This document shows positions 1 through 9,795 of a stretch of DNA of 64,000 bases, in pieces; position 1 is the first letter of the stretch, and each line of letters begins with the position of its first letter. This DNA is from an uncultured Thiotrichaceae bacterium (GTDB taxonomy: Bacteria; Pseudomonadota; Gammaproteobacteria; SZUA-229), in the NCBI GenBank assembly GCA_964531165.1, contig CAZHEA010000005.1, positions 16,858-80,857 of the forward strand, in the 5' to 3' direction. Under the pieces are notes generated by a model. It saw only the letters and a list, made by a program, of their open reading frames with translations. It had not been told where the DNA came from and did not search any database. Made by a program: the position numbers and the translations under genes.

Positions 1-379
1 TGGTAATACATTTGCTGATATGCGCTAAATTGGCTGGGATCATATAATATGAACCCTTTGATAATAACACCGCTTTCGAAGGATCATCGCCTTCCTTTAT
101 ATGAAAAAAGGTACCCTCAAGCACGACACCAAACATATTTGATTGAGTATGCACTGGACTTTCTATGCCTGCTGGTAGCTTTACCATTGCCATATAGGAC
201 TCTTTAAAACGATCACCACTTAGTGCGGCGAATGACACACCTTGCGGCATTGTTTTCCCGTCTAAGCTTTGTGAAGGTAAATTTACTATTAAGTTACTAG
301 TAGCAATTGCACTTGTAAAGTTTAATACAGTGACAATTAGAACTACCATTGTTAGTTTATCTTTCAACTTATGATTCAT
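1..379 (-). CDS. cupin-like protein with N-terminal signal-like segment; C-terminal end of the product cut off by the window edge
   Basis: Absent from the ORF track because it runs off the left edge. Manual minus-strand translation from ATG 379..377 gives MNHKLKDKLTMVVLIVTVLNFTSAIATSNL...PVHTQSNMFGVVLEGTFFHIKEGDDPSKAVLLSKGSYYMIPANLAHISKCIT with no stop down to nt 1. It has a hydrophobic N-terminus and a cupin-like G-x-x-L-x-G...P-x-x-x-H pattern. Confidence 0.45.
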   Translation of the reverse strand, partial: MNHKLKDKLTMVVLIVTVLNFTSAIATSNLIVNLPSQSLDGKTMPQGVSFAALSGDRFKESYMAMVKLPAGIESPVHTQSNMFGVVLEGTFFHIKEGDDPSKAVLLSKGSYYMIPANLAHISKCIT

Positions 380-393
380 TGCTTTCACCTTAT

Positions 394-831
394 TTATACC
401 AGCTCAACAGCCAAAACTTGATTTAACATATCTAAAATATTACCCCAACCACCTTGATGATTACATCGGCCTTCCTCATTAAAAAACTTAATATGCGTAA
501 GCTGAATATTTGTTTGAGTTCTATTAATTTTACTAAACAATAACGTTACTGTACTGTTATCCGGCGTGAATGGAGACTGCCATGTAAAAACAATCTCTTT
601 ATAGCGATCAATAATTAAATATTTTCCGGTATGAGGAATTTTTTCATCTCCAACTGACATGATAATTGTAAAATCTCCGCCCTCTTTTGCTTCATTTTGT
701 ATTTCTGGTGCAGACATTCCCGGCATAGGCAAAATGAATTTGGATAAAATTTGTGGTTTCAACCAGGCTTCATACACTGTTTCCAGTGGCGCATTAATAA
801 TTTTATTTATATTGACCGTTAATTCAGGCAT
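394..831 (-). CDS. SRPBCC / AHSA1 (Aha1-like) domain protein
   Basis: ORF 394..861. I prefer the internal start MPELTVNINK (ATG 831..829), which has GGAG 9 nt upstream and lies 1 nt after the ArsR stop. 'INAPLETVYEAWLKPQILSKF' plus a size near 145 aa is typical of SRPBCC proteins paired with ArsR regulators. Confidence 0.7.
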   Translation of the reverse strand: MPELTVNINKIINAPLETVYEAWLKPQILSKFILPMPGMSAPEIQNEAKEGGDFTIIMSVGDEKIPHTGKYLIIDRYKEIVFTWQSPFTPDNSTVTLLFSKINRTQTNIQLTHIKFFNEEGRCNHQGGWGNILDMLNQVLAVELV

Positions 832-832
832 C

Positions 833-1171
833 TTAGCTTTCTCCGTTCTGCAATATTTCATTAAGTTTATCCAAGCGTAGCTCCCAGACAGATTTAAGAT
901 CGTTCAGCCAGTCTTCAACCATTGCTATTTTTGATAAATTGGCTTCAATAATATGAGTACGGCCTATCTTTTTTCGATGAATAAGCTGTGCTTTTTCCAG
1001 TACTTTAATATGTTTAGAAACCGCATTGAGTGACATATCATATTGATTTGCTAAATCAGTTACACGTACAGGCCCATGCTGACAAAGCCGTGTTAACAAT
1101 GAGCGACGCGTGGTATCACTCATGGCTTTTAGTATATCAGTGAGCATTTTGTCTTTTTTATATTCAACCAT
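833..1171 (-). CDS. ArsR/SmtB-family winged-helix transcriptional regulator
   Basis: 'LKAMSDTTRRSLLTRLCQHGPVRVTDLANQYDMSLNAVSKHIKVLEKAQLIHRKKIGRTHI' is a canonical ArsR HTH_20 core. It is tightly coupled to the downstream SRPBCC gene. Confidence 0.85.
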   Translation of the reverse strand: MVEYKKDKMLTDILKAMSDTTRRSLLTRLCQHGPVRVTDLANQYDMSLNAVSKHIKVLEKAQLIHRKKIGRTHIIEANLSKIAMVEDWLNDLKSVWELRLDKLNEILQNGES

Positions 1172-1389
1172 ATGGTTTATTATAGTTACCGCACGGCAAT
1201 TGTCACCATTTGGTTTAATATTTATTTATAATTAACCAGGAAAATAAACAACCTGTTGTCAGATTAGTTTATGAAGACAGGTATTAATATTACAGATGAA
1301 TAGCCGTTAAACGTTTACTTTAGTAAAGTAATTATAGATTACAGTTTATAATATTCATTCAATCTAATTCCATTACCGGAAAACAAACC

Positions 1390-1998
1390 ATGAACGACCT
1401 GTTTAAAGAAAAAGCCAACGACTGGGATATTAATGAAATGGTGCAAAAGCTTTCGACTGCGATTGGGCAATCCATTGTCAACAGCATTAAGCTAAGCCCA
1501 ACCATGCAGGTAATGGATTTTGGCGCGGGTACCGGTTTAATCACATCTCAAATAGCTCCACATGTTAATAAAGTGGTTGCTGTCGATGTATCTCAGTCTA
1601 TGCTCGAGCAATTGTTTAAAAAACTTCAGGCAGCTGACAATAAAAATATTGATATTTTATGTCAGGATATCACCCAAAAACCAACCGGTGATGTTTACGA
1701 CCTTATTGTTAGTGCGATGGCTATGCATCACGTAAAAGATACTGATAATTTGTTGAAACAATTTGCGGTGCATTTAAAACCCGGTGCAAAAATTGCCGTA
1801 GCTGATCTGGATGAAGAAGACGGCAGCTTTCACCCGGCTGATGCCCGCGGTGTTTATCATAAAGGATTTAATCGCCAGAACTTTAAACGAAAATTAAAAG
1901 AGTCCGGCTTTATTGATATTGAGATGCTAACGGTACATAGCGTATTGAAGAATCAGGAAACTTATCCAGTATTTCTATGTATCGCAACTAAAAAATAA
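1390..1998 (+). CDS. class I SAM-dependent methyltransferase
   Basis: Motif I 'VMDFGAGTGLIT', post-I 'VVAVDVSQSM' and 'DLIVSAMAMHHV' fit the Methyltransf_11/25 type. Confidence 0.8.
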   Translation: MNDLFKEKANDWDINEMVQKLSTAIGQSIVNSIKLSPTMQVMDFGAGTGLITSQIAPHVNKVVAVDVSQSMLEQLFKKLQAADNKNIDILCQDITQKPTGDVYDLIVSAMAMHHVKDTDNLLKQFAVHLKPGAKIAVADLDEEDGSFHPADARGVYHKGFNRQNFKRKLKESGFIDIEMLTVHSVLKNQETYPVFLCIATKK

Positions 1999-2347
1999 CG
2001 GCAACCCATATGCCTGCACAAATTAAAATAGTCAGTGTGACGGCAGCAGATCCCATATCTTTAGCCCTACCGGATAACTCATGATGCTCATCACCGATAC
2101 GATCAACTGTAGCCTCTATCGCCGAATTAATCAGCTCAACCACAATAACTAATAAAAGACTGCATATTAATATTATTGCCTGTGAGAGGTTATCGGTAAT
2201 ATAAAAAGCCACGGGGGTCAATAAAAGCAATGCATAAACTTCCTGTCGGAATGCTTCTTCATTAATATAAGCCGCCTTTAAACCCTTATATGAAAAAATG
2301 GCAGCGTTAATTAAACGCTTAATTCCTTTATTTCCCGTTTTCGCCAT
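1988..2347 (-). CDS. dgkA: diacylglycerol kinase
   Basis: A 119-aa three-helix membrane protein with 'AFRQEV', 'ELINSAIEATVDRIG...HELSGRAKDMGSAAV', the DgkA signature. It sits immediately downstream of the phosphoethanolamine transferase. Confidence 0.85.
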   Translation of the reverse strand: MAKTGNKGIKRLINAAIFSYKGLKAAYINEEAFRQEVYALLLLTPVAFYITDNLSQAIILICSLLLVIVVELINSAIEATVDRIGDEHHELSGRAKDMGSAAVTLTILICAGIWVAVIF

Positions 2348-2406
2348 AATACAACTTTTTTTATTAAGTAACCTTCATACTATATCGGCATCAACCGGGT
2401 TCGTCA

Positions 2407-4119
2407 TCAACTTTTATCATCATGCATGACTTCATCGTGAGTATCAGCCACATTTGAAGAATCTCTTCGACAGTTAGAAAACACATCGAGTTTATTATTA
2501 TAATTTTTAGATGTTATATCCATTAAGCCCAGTACAGAGTGCGTTAAATTATCATGAGAGTATTCATTCATAGCATTAGAGCTAAGGCAGGTTTCGCTAA
2601 TCTGCTTATTCTTTTTAATATCATCAGATAGCCAGACAATAAATGGAATATTAGTTTGCTCTGTTGGTGCCATAAAATATGGCAAGCCGTGGAGATAAAC
2701 GCCTTTTTCACCCAATGACTCACCATGATCTGACATATAAATCATCGCTGTACTTACAGTATCTGAACTCGATTTCAATATATTGATAACTTCTGATAAA
2801 ACATAATCTGTATATAAAATAGTATTATCATAAGAGTTGGTAATTTCTTCATTAGTGCATTCCTGTAACGCCTTAGACCTACATTCTGGCTTAAATACAG
2901 CAAACTTTTCTGGCACACGCTTATAATATGCCGGCCCATGACTGCCCTGCTGATGTAATACAATTACTGTATTGGCCGTTACATTTTTAATATAATCCTG
3001 CAGATTGTTTAACAGGACCTCATCGAAACAATCATCTCCATCACAAAGCTCATTATTACCTACTAGTGACATAACCTGAGTTTCACTTCTTTTACAAACA
3101 CCCTTACAGCCAGAATTGTTTTCCCGCCATTGCACATCTATATCTGCGTATTTTAATGCATCAAGCAAATTCTCCTGATGTCTAATTTTGTCGATATTAA
3201 ATTCGTTATGAGTAATATTTGAGAACATACAGGGCAAGGATTCCGCCGTGGCGGTACCGCATGACGATGTATTAGAGTAATTAATAATATTCTGGTTTTC
3301 AAGCAATGGCGTTGTCTGTCTGGCATAACCATTCAGGTTGAAACTTGCTGCTCTGGCGGTCTCACCCACTACAACGACAAGTACAGTCTTCTTATCTGCG
3401 TCAATATCATTATTAACAACAACTGAGTCACTAAACACTTCCTGTAATGGCCTATTATGACTTTTTCCTGAAAACTTAAAATATTTATAAACTGATGCGA
3501 TAGGAAAAACCGGATTAATATAAAGCCTTAAATCCCGATTTTCGCGACCAATAAAAGCTACATCCTTTAAAACAATGTATACGGAGGTAGAGGTAACAAA
3601 CAATAAAATCAGAAACACGCCTGCACGGGTCTTAATCTCGCCAACCAATGTCTGCTGTTTGATGACTGCAAAATAAACCAGTATAGAAGGTATAACACCA
3701 TATAATAAAACATGCTTAAGCAGACTCAGACTTATCAGGTCAAACGCTTCATGTGTATCTGTTTCAGCAACATTCTGAATCATTGAAACACTGAAAACCG
3801 TACCATAAACATCCATAAAATAACTTATTGCCGCTGAACTTATTAACAGGCTAATCAATACCGTTTTGGTCGTTTTTTTAATGCATAAAAATGATAGAAA
3901 TATATAAAGTATCAATACAATTAATGCGGCAAAAACCCATTGTACAAATAACTTATAAACAATAGAACCGGATACTACATCCGAGAATTGCGTCCATAAA
4001 GTTATATTATCAAAAACAATAATATAGATTGAAACAAGTAACAGTAGTAATGTAGATGTAATGCGGTAACCAGAAAAAATATTTAATTTATTCAATGAAA
4101 TTCCTACCCATGATTGCAA
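2407..4119 (-). CDS. eptA: phosphoethanolamine-lipid A transferase (EptA/MCR family)
   Basis: N-terminal multi-TM region followed by a sulfatase-like periplasmic domain. 'VVVVGETARA', 'SSCGTATAESLPCMFS' (catalytic Thr region) and 'MIYMSDHGESLGEKGVYLHG' match the EptA/MCR family. Confidence 0.85.
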   Translation of the reverse strand: MQSWVGISLNKLNIFSGYRITSTLLLLLVSIYIIVFDNITLWTQFSDVVSGSIVYKLFVQWVFAALIVLILYIFLSFLCIKKTTKTVLISLLISSAAISYFMDVYGTVFSVSMIQNVAETDTHEAFDLISLSLLKHVLLYGVIPSILVYFAVIKQQTLVGEIKTRAGVFLILLFVTSTSVYIVLKDVAFIGRENRDLRLYINPVFPIASVYKYFKFSGKSHNRPLQEVFSDSVVVNNDIDADKKTVLVVVVGETARAASFNLNGYARQTTPLLENQNIINYSNTSSCGTATAESLPCMFSNITHNEFNIDKIRHQENLLDALKYADIDVQWRENNSGCKGVCKRSETQVMSLVGNNELCDGDDCFDEVLLNNLQDYIKNVTANTVIVLHQQGSHGPAYYKRVPEKFAVFKPECRSKALQECTNEEITNSYDNTILYTDYVLSEVINILKSSSDTVSTAMIYMSDHGESLGEKGVYLHGLPYFMAPTEQTNIPFIVWLSDDIKKNKQISETCLSSNAMNEYSHDNLTHSVLGLMDITSKNYNNKLDVFSNCRRDSSNVADTHDEVMHDDKS

Positions 4120-4500
4120 AAAGTTAAAGCCGCTATCAAATCCATTTCATTTTTTAAAACATACCTGTTAACCAATGTCTCCGGTATAATAAATGCTCAT
4201 TTATTACTCAAATATAAAACCGTTTCTACGATGTTTGGAGTTTAGACATGCAAGCTTAGGATTATCTTAAGATCTATAAATAAATTAGTTTTTAGCTGAA
4301 AGTATTTTTAATAATGAATAACAGAGCATATTCAATGCTAATTTCAGCCTGCCATCAGGATTATAATCAACATAAGGTTTCTATAGTATATTGTTGATAT
4401 CATTGATATTTATAGAATTACCAATACTTATTTCTTTACATATCAATGAATTACCGGATAATGTCGCGTTTATAATTTTTGGCAATATATAATTCCAGAT

Positions 4501-7500
4501 ATGACGCCCTCTCAGACAGACTTTCAGCTATTTAAGACGCCTGTAAAAACTGAAACCCATGCCTACAGTCAGCTTTATGGCTGTGCACAATCGTTTGCAA
4601 TTGCAAACCTGGCATTACATAAAAAAAATCCTGTCGTTGTTATTGCATCTGATGTAAATCAGGCGCAGCAACTTCAACATGAATTGAATTTTTTTGTTTC
4701 TGGAAAATGTAAAATACTTGAACTTCCCGACTGGGAAACCTTACCCTACGATATTTTTTCACCCCATCAGGATATTATTTCACAACGCCTGACGACCCTT
4801 TATCAATTATCCGATATGCAGTCAGGTGATATTCTAATTTTACCTGTCTCGACATTACTGCAACGCTTACCACCGAAATCTTATATTAAGTCGCAAGTAT
4901 TAATACTGAAACAAAATCAGTCGTTAGATCTGGATAAGTTCCGCATTACCCTCGAACAAAATGGCTACAGTTGTGTATCGCAGGTTATGGAGCACGGAGA
5001 GTTTGCCATTCGCGGCTCAATTATTGATCTTTATCCTTCAGGACACGACCTGCCATTTAGAATCGATTTGTTTGATACGGATATTGACACCATCCGCTGC
5101 TTTGATCCAGAGACACAACGTTCACTGCAAACCATTAACACCATAGAAATTTTACCGGCTCGAGAGTTTCCTTTTAATAAAGAATCGATTAGTGAGTTTA
5201 GACGTCGATACCGTGAAAAACTAGCCGGCGACCCAACCACCAGCAAAATTTATCAGGAAATTTCACAGGGAATCATTCCAAATGGTATTGAATACTATCT
5301 GCCATTATTTTTTGATGAATTGTGTAGTGTATTTAATTACCTTCCACGTAACACTATCATCTGCTCAGAAATCGAACTGACTCAGACTATCGACAGTTTC
5401 AACGATGACGTTAGTCAGCGCTATGAACAACGCCGCCATGATATTGAACGACCCATACTTCCCCCTGAAAGCCTTTACTTAAGCGCAGATGAACTGCAGC
5501 AGACGTTACAGGCTTTTGCACAGATACAGACACAATCGAAAAAAAATATACCGGGACAAAGTGCAGTCGATCTGCCATTTAGCGCACCGGTTCAGTTGCT
5601 GGCACAAAAGAAGTCTGACTCTCCCCTGTCTAAGCTCATTACATTTATCAAACAGTCTACCAGCCGGGTTTTGTTAGTCGCAGAATCAACCGGGCGTAGA
5701 GAAATGCTGCTGGAAATGCTTCACGATCAAAAACAATATCCGACAGTATTTGAAAGCTGGGACCGGTTTATTGAATCAAACGCACACCTGGGTGTAATCG
5801 TTGCGCCTATAGATAGAGGCCTGAATCAGACTGAGCCAGCAATCTGTGTGTTAACAGAATCACAGGTGTTTGGCGAGCGGACACAGCAGCAACGACGAAA
5901 AAGAAAACGCACCCGTGATGCCGATGCCATTATTGGTAACTTGACCGATTTAAGTATTGGCTCGCCGGTGGTACATGAAGTACATGGCATTGGCCGCTAT
6001 CTAGGGTTACAAAAATTAAATATTGGTGATATTGAAACTGAAGTGCTGAGTATTGAATATGCCGGCGGCGATAAACTTTATGTACCGGTGGCTTCACTAG
6101 ACTTAATCAGTCGTTATACCGGTGCCGATGAAGATCATGCACCTAAACATAAACTGGGTAGTGAAACCTGGTCTAAAGCACGTAAAAAAGCCGCGAAAAA
6201 AATACATGATATTGCAGTTGAAATTTTAGACATTCATGCTCGACGTGCAGCTAAAGGTGGCCATGCCTATGCGATTAATATTGACGAATACAACCAGTTT
6301 GCGGCGGCCTTTCCATTTGAAGAAACAGAAGACCAGCAAACCGCCATTGATATGGTGATTAAAGATCTAACCGAAGCCAAAGCCATGGACAGAGTTGTTT
6401 GTGGTGACGTCGGCTTTGGTAAAACCGAGGTTGCTATGCGTGCGGCTTTTGTTGCCGCGAATGCCAATAAACAGGTTGCGATTTTAGTTCCCACAACATT
6501 ATTAGCACAGCAGCACTTTCAGAATTTTAAAGATCGCTTTGCCGACTGGCCACTTAAAATTGAGTGTCTGTCTCGATTTAATTCAAAAAAGCAACAGGAT
6601 CAGGTAATCAGTGAATTAAAGGCCGGTAAAGTTGATATTATTATCGGCACACATAAATTACTGCAGAAAGATATTAGCTTCGACAATCTCGGTTTGCTGA
6701 TTATCGATGAAGAACATCGCTTTGGTGTAAAGCATAAAGAACAGTTTAAAAACCTGCGGGCCGAAGTCGATATTCTGACCTTAACCGCCACACCAATTCC
6801 GCGCACCCTAAATATGTCACTAGCGGGTATGCGCGACTTATCAATTATTGCTTCTCCCCCAACTCAGCGTCATGCAATAAAAACCTTTGTTTCTGAGTGG
6901 AATGACCAGCAGGTTCATGAAGCCTGTTTGCGTGAGATTAAACGTGGCGGACAGGTATACGTTTTACACAATGAAGTTAAAACCATTGAAAAAATGTGCC
7001 GGACGTTAGAAGAGCTCATTCCGGAAGCCAATGTACAGTTTGCCCATGGACAGATGCGTGAAAGAGATCTTGAACGCATAATGCTCGACTTTGTACATCA
7101 GCGATTCAATATTTTAGTCAGCACCACCATTATCGAAAGTGGCATTGATGTACCGAGTGCAAATACCATTATTATAAATCGTGCCGATAAACTCGGGTTG
7201 GCACAACTACATCAGATTCGCGGTCGTGTTGGACGCTCTCATCACCGGGCATTTGCCTACTTAATCACACCGCCGAAAAGCCTTATGACAAAAGATGCGA
7301 TAAAACGTCTTGAAGCGATAGAGTCACTGGAAGACTTAGGTGTTGGCTTTACCCTGGCTACCCATGACCTGGAAATACGCGGTGCAGGAGAGCTGCTTGG
7401 TGATGATCAGAGTGGCCAAATTCAGGAAATTGGCTTTAGCCTCTATACTGAATTACTCGATCGGGCGGTTAAGGCACTTAAGTCCGGCAAAACGGTTGAC

Positions 7501-7968
7501 CTCAACACTCCCATTCATCAAGGCACTGAAATTGAACTGGGCGTACCGGCGTTGCTACCCGATGACTATATATATGACATTCATACACGCTTAATTATGT
7601 ATAAACGTATTTCAAACGCGTCAGACCAGCAGGCGCTGGATGAAATACGGATTGAATTAATTGATCGTTTCGGGTTATTACCTGAAATAGCGAAAAACCT
7701 GTTTGAAGTAACCTCCCTCAAACTGCTAACCCATAATATTGGTGTCGAAAAAATAACCGCCGTAGATTCACTGGTGCGTATTATTTTTGATTTAAATGCG
7801 AATATTGATCCTGCCAGGCTCATTACACTGATACAATCTGAACCACAAGTTTACAAACTCAATGGCAGCAACACCTTAATTATTTATAAAGAAACCAGCG
7901 AATGCGAACAGCGTGTAAAAATATTAAGAGAACTACTCAAATCTCTCATGCTTCAGGAAGCGGCTTAA
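4501..7968 (+). CDS. mfd: transcription-repair coupling factor
   Basis: 1155 aa with a UvrB-homology N-terminus, the CarD/RID 'GSPVVHEVHGIGRYLGL', helicase motifs 'GDVGFGKTEVAMRAAF', 'LIIDEEHRFG', 'LTLTATPIPRTL', 'QLHQIRGRVGRS' and the TRG motif. Confidence 0.97.
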   Translation: MTPSQTDFQLFKTPVKTETHAYSQLYGCAQSFAIANLALHKKNPVVVIASDVNQAQQLQHELNFFVSGKCKILELPDWETLPYDIFSPHQDIISQRLTTLYQLSDMQSGDILILPVSTLLQRLPPKSYIKSQVLILKQNQSLDLDKFRITLEQNGYSCVSQVMEHGEFAIRGSIIDLYPSGHDLPFRIDLFDTDIDTIRCFDPETQRSLQTINTIEILPAREFPFNKESISEFRRRYREKLAGDPTTSKIYQEISQGIIPNGIEYYLPLFFDELCSVFNYLPRNTIICSEIELTQTIDSFNDDVSQRYEQRRHDIERPILPPESLYLSADELQQTLQAFAQIQTQSKKNIPGQSAVDLPFSAPVQLLAQKKSDSPLSKLITFIKQSTSRVLLVAESTGRREMLLEMLHDQKQYPTVFESWDRFIESNAHLGVIVAPIDRGLNQTEPAICVLTESQVFGERTQQQRRKRKRTRDADAIIGNLTDLSIGSPVVHEVHGIGRYLGLQKLNIGDIETEVLSIEYAGGDKLYVPVASLDLISRYTGADEDHAPKHKLGSETWSKARKKAAKKIHDIAVEILDIHARRAAKGGHAYAINIDEYNQFAAAFPFEETEDQQTAIDMVIKDLTEAKAMDRVVCGDVGFGKTEVAMRAAFVAANANKQVAILVPTTLLAQQHFQNFKDRFADWPLKIECLSRFNSKKQQDQVISELKAGKVDIIIGTHKLLQKDISFDNLGLLIIDEEHRFGVKHKEQFKNLRAEVDILTLTATPIPRTLNMSLAGMRDLSIIASPPTQRHAIKTFVSEWNDQQVHEACLREIKRGGQVYVLHNEVKTIEKMCRTLEELIPEANVQFAHGQMRERDLERIMLDFVHQRFNILVSTTIIESGIDVPSANTIIINRADKLGLAQLHQIRGRVGRSHHRAFAYLITPPKSLMTKDAIKRLEAIESLEDLGVGFTLATHDLEIRGAGELLGDDQSGQIQEIGFSLYTELLDRAVKALKSGKTVDLNTPIHQGTEIELGVPALLPDDYIYDIHTRLIMYKRISNASDQQALDEIRIELIDRFGLLPEIAKNLFEVTSLKLLTHNIGVEKITAVDSLVRIIFDLNANIDPARLITLIQSEPQVYKLNGSNTLIIYKETSECEQRVKILRELLKSLMLQEAA

Positions 7969-8675
7969 TGAAATTTACAACAATCAGGCAATTTGCTTTT
8001 ATCATGACATGGTTTTTTGCATTAACACTGCAAGCAGCTGAAACCGGTTACGAAGTTGAGTTAATTATTTTCGAAGACACCACGGCTCGCTATTTAAGCT
8101 CTGAAGACTGGAGCTATAATGACATGCTTAATAATAAACAGAATGAGCCGGCTAAACCGGTTAAAAAAGACCCCGAGTATCGACAGCTAAACTGGGATGG
8201 CGCCAAATTATCAAGTAATCTGAAGCGTTTGAAAAAAAACTCTAATTTCAGAGTTCTTATCACCCGCCGCTGGAAACAGACAGGACTCGACCGAGCACAC
8301 GCATTTAACATACCTCTAACTACAGACAAAACCACCAATACGGATTCTGAGCCAAATGCACCAGCTCAAAATACACCATCCATTGAACAGCCTGAAGCCA
8401 ATCTGAAGAACGCGTCATACATTACCGGCAGTGTAAAACTCATTATGAGTCGCTACTTACACTTCAATGTAGACATGCGATATTTCAAGCCTAAATACAC
8501 TGAAAATGGGGGGCTTCAAAATATCTCTTTTCCCGTTGTTAATGAACGACGCATGCGTAGCCGCGAAATTCACTATATTGACCACCCATTGGTCGGCGTA
8601 GTCGTTTTAGCCACTCCTTATAAAATAGAGTCACAGAATGATGATACTCAACCGGGTGAATATAAAACCATGTAG
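7968..8675 (+). CDS. CsiV-like (DUF2803-type) periplasmic protein
   Basis: The track ORF starts at 7902 inside mfd. The in-frame ATG at 7968 overlaps the mfd stop (TAATG) and gives MKFTTIRQFAFIMTWFFALTLQAAE, a signal peptide. The 'YEVELIIFE' N-terminus, the 'IHYIDHPLVGVVV' C-terminus and the position after mfd match the V. cholerae mfd-csiV arrangement as I recall it. Confidence 0.55.
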   Translation: MKFTTIRQFAFIMTWFFALTLQAAETGYEVELIIFEDTTARYLSSEDWSYNDMLNNKQNEPAKPVKKDPEYRQLNWDGAKLSSNLKRLKKNSNFRVLITRRWKQTGLDRAHAFNIPLTTDKTTNTDSEPNAPAQNTPSIEQPEANLKNASYITGSVKLIMSRYLHFNVDMRYFKPKYTENGGLQNISFPVVNERRMRSREIHYIDHPLVGVVVLATPYKIESQNDDTQPGEYKTM

Positions 8676-8925
8676 CGCTGTCGACAAACCTTACAAGTTT
8701 GCCGAAATTTTTGTCACTTATACCTGTTAATTCAGTTTATTTAAAAAAACATATTACCTATCTTACTGATTTTATAGAAATAATTAGTATATGGCTCTAA
8801 TAATGCTACTGATTTATTAAATAATGTATATAAACCACCCTTAAGGGGGATTTTATATATTTAGTTATCCAGATATACTTCACTTAGAATAAAAATTAGC
8901 CAATAGTTTATAAGGAATTAAAAAG

Positions 8926-9501
8926 ATGAAAAACGATCGGATTAAGTCAGTTAGTAACTACGCTTTATGTTTATTTTTGCTTGTCACTGGCTCGGCACAG
9001 GCTGCAATTGTAAACTTTACCATTTCTGGCAATGTAGAAATCGCTGAACCCAATAATCCATTTGCTTTATTAGCTAACTCAACGATATCTGCATCTGGTA
9101 CTTATGATGACAGTGTAATCGGTGCTGGCTTATCGTTTATCGACTTTTCAACAATCACTAACAGTATGCAAATAACGGTTGGAAACACAATATTTACTGA
9201 TGACATGTCAACTATCCCTGATAATGGTCTGTTTTTTCAAGATGGTATGTTTGACGGGCTGAGCTATCGCTCTATACAGACTAATATCTCATTTTCATCA
9301 TCTGGCTTTGCCGATATGATTTTCAATGGCGGTGTGCCTGATAGTTTTGATAACACGTTAATCGCAGAGTCAACGTACATTAAAGGAAAATGGGATGCAG
9401 CTAGCTTTGAAGTTACGCCTGTTCCTGTTCCTGCCGCTTTATGGTTATTTGGCTCAGGCCTGATATTTTTAAGCGGAATAAGCCGTCGCAGAAAAAGCTA
9501 A
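8926..9501 (+). CDS. secreted protein with PEP-CTERM-type (VPVPAA variant) C-terminal sorting signal
   Basis: N-terminal signal peptide (LLVTGSAQA). The C-terminus 'TPVPVPAALWLFGSGLIFLSGISRRRKS' has the Pro motif, a TM helix and an Arg cluster, the tripartite exosortase sorting-signal architecture. Confidence 0.7.
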   Translation: MKNDRIKSVSNYALCLFLLVTGSAQAAIVNFTISGNVEIAEPNNPFALLANSTISASGTYDDSVIGAGLSFIDFSTITNSMQITVGNTIFTDDMSTIPDNGLFFQDGMFDGLSYRSIQTNISFSSSGFADMIFNGGVPDSFDNTLIAESTYIKGKWDAASFEVTPVPVPAALWLFGSGLIFLSGISRRRKS

Positions 9502-9582
9502 TTTTTGCAAAACTGTAAATTAGGACTATACTAATTTATAATATTAAGTGAAGTTTAATGGACAATATCTTGAGAGGATATC

Positions 9583-9783
9583 ATGGATAAACCCAATAAA
9601 GAGCAAAGCATCGATCAGAACCGTCGTGATTTTGTAAAGAAAACCGCATATACAGCACCTGCTATTGTGACTATGGCTGCTATCCCATCATTTGCATCTG
9701 CTGGCTCTTCAAATAGCCACAAACTGGTTGGTAACAGACCACGCCCTGGTACACCGCCATCACAACAGCCAACCCCAAGATAA
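9583..9783 (+). CDS. 66-aa micro-protein with twin-arginine (Tat)-like leader; candidate modified-peptide precursor
   Basis: GAGAGGA Shine-Dalgarno 5 nt before the ATG. 'NRRDFVKK' matches the Tat consensus S/T-R-R-x-F-L-K. The h-region is TAYTAPAIVTMAAIPSFASA with A-x-A before G. The remaining 26 aa are GSSNSHKLVGNRPRPGTPPSQQPTPR. A hairpin follows. Confidence 0.5.
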   Translation: MDKPNKEQSIDQNRRDFVKKTAYTAPAIVTMAAIPSFASAGSSNSHKLVGNRPRPGTPPSQQPTPR

Positions 9784-9795
9784 AAATTTTATATC

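Noticed and set aside
832-861. Long start (861) for the SRPBCC ORF, and the ORFs 659..880(+) and 1359..1544(-)
   Set aside because: The long start overlaps the ArsR 3' end, and the internal ATG at 831 has an SD. The other two are antisense to well-supported genes and lack any recognisable features.
1166-1177. Perfect 12-bp palindrome AACCATATGGTT overlapping the ArsR start codon, a possible autoregulatory operator
   Set aside because: It is too short and AT-rich to distinguish from chance. It does not resemble the 12-2-12 ArsR/SmtB operator layout, and I have no second copy or conservation data.
7902-7967. Upstream start (7902) for the csiV-like ORF
   Set aside because: It would overlap mfd by 67 nt and add a non-signal N-terminus. 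The in-frame ATG at 7968 overlaps the mfd stop (TAATG) and begins a proper signal peptide.
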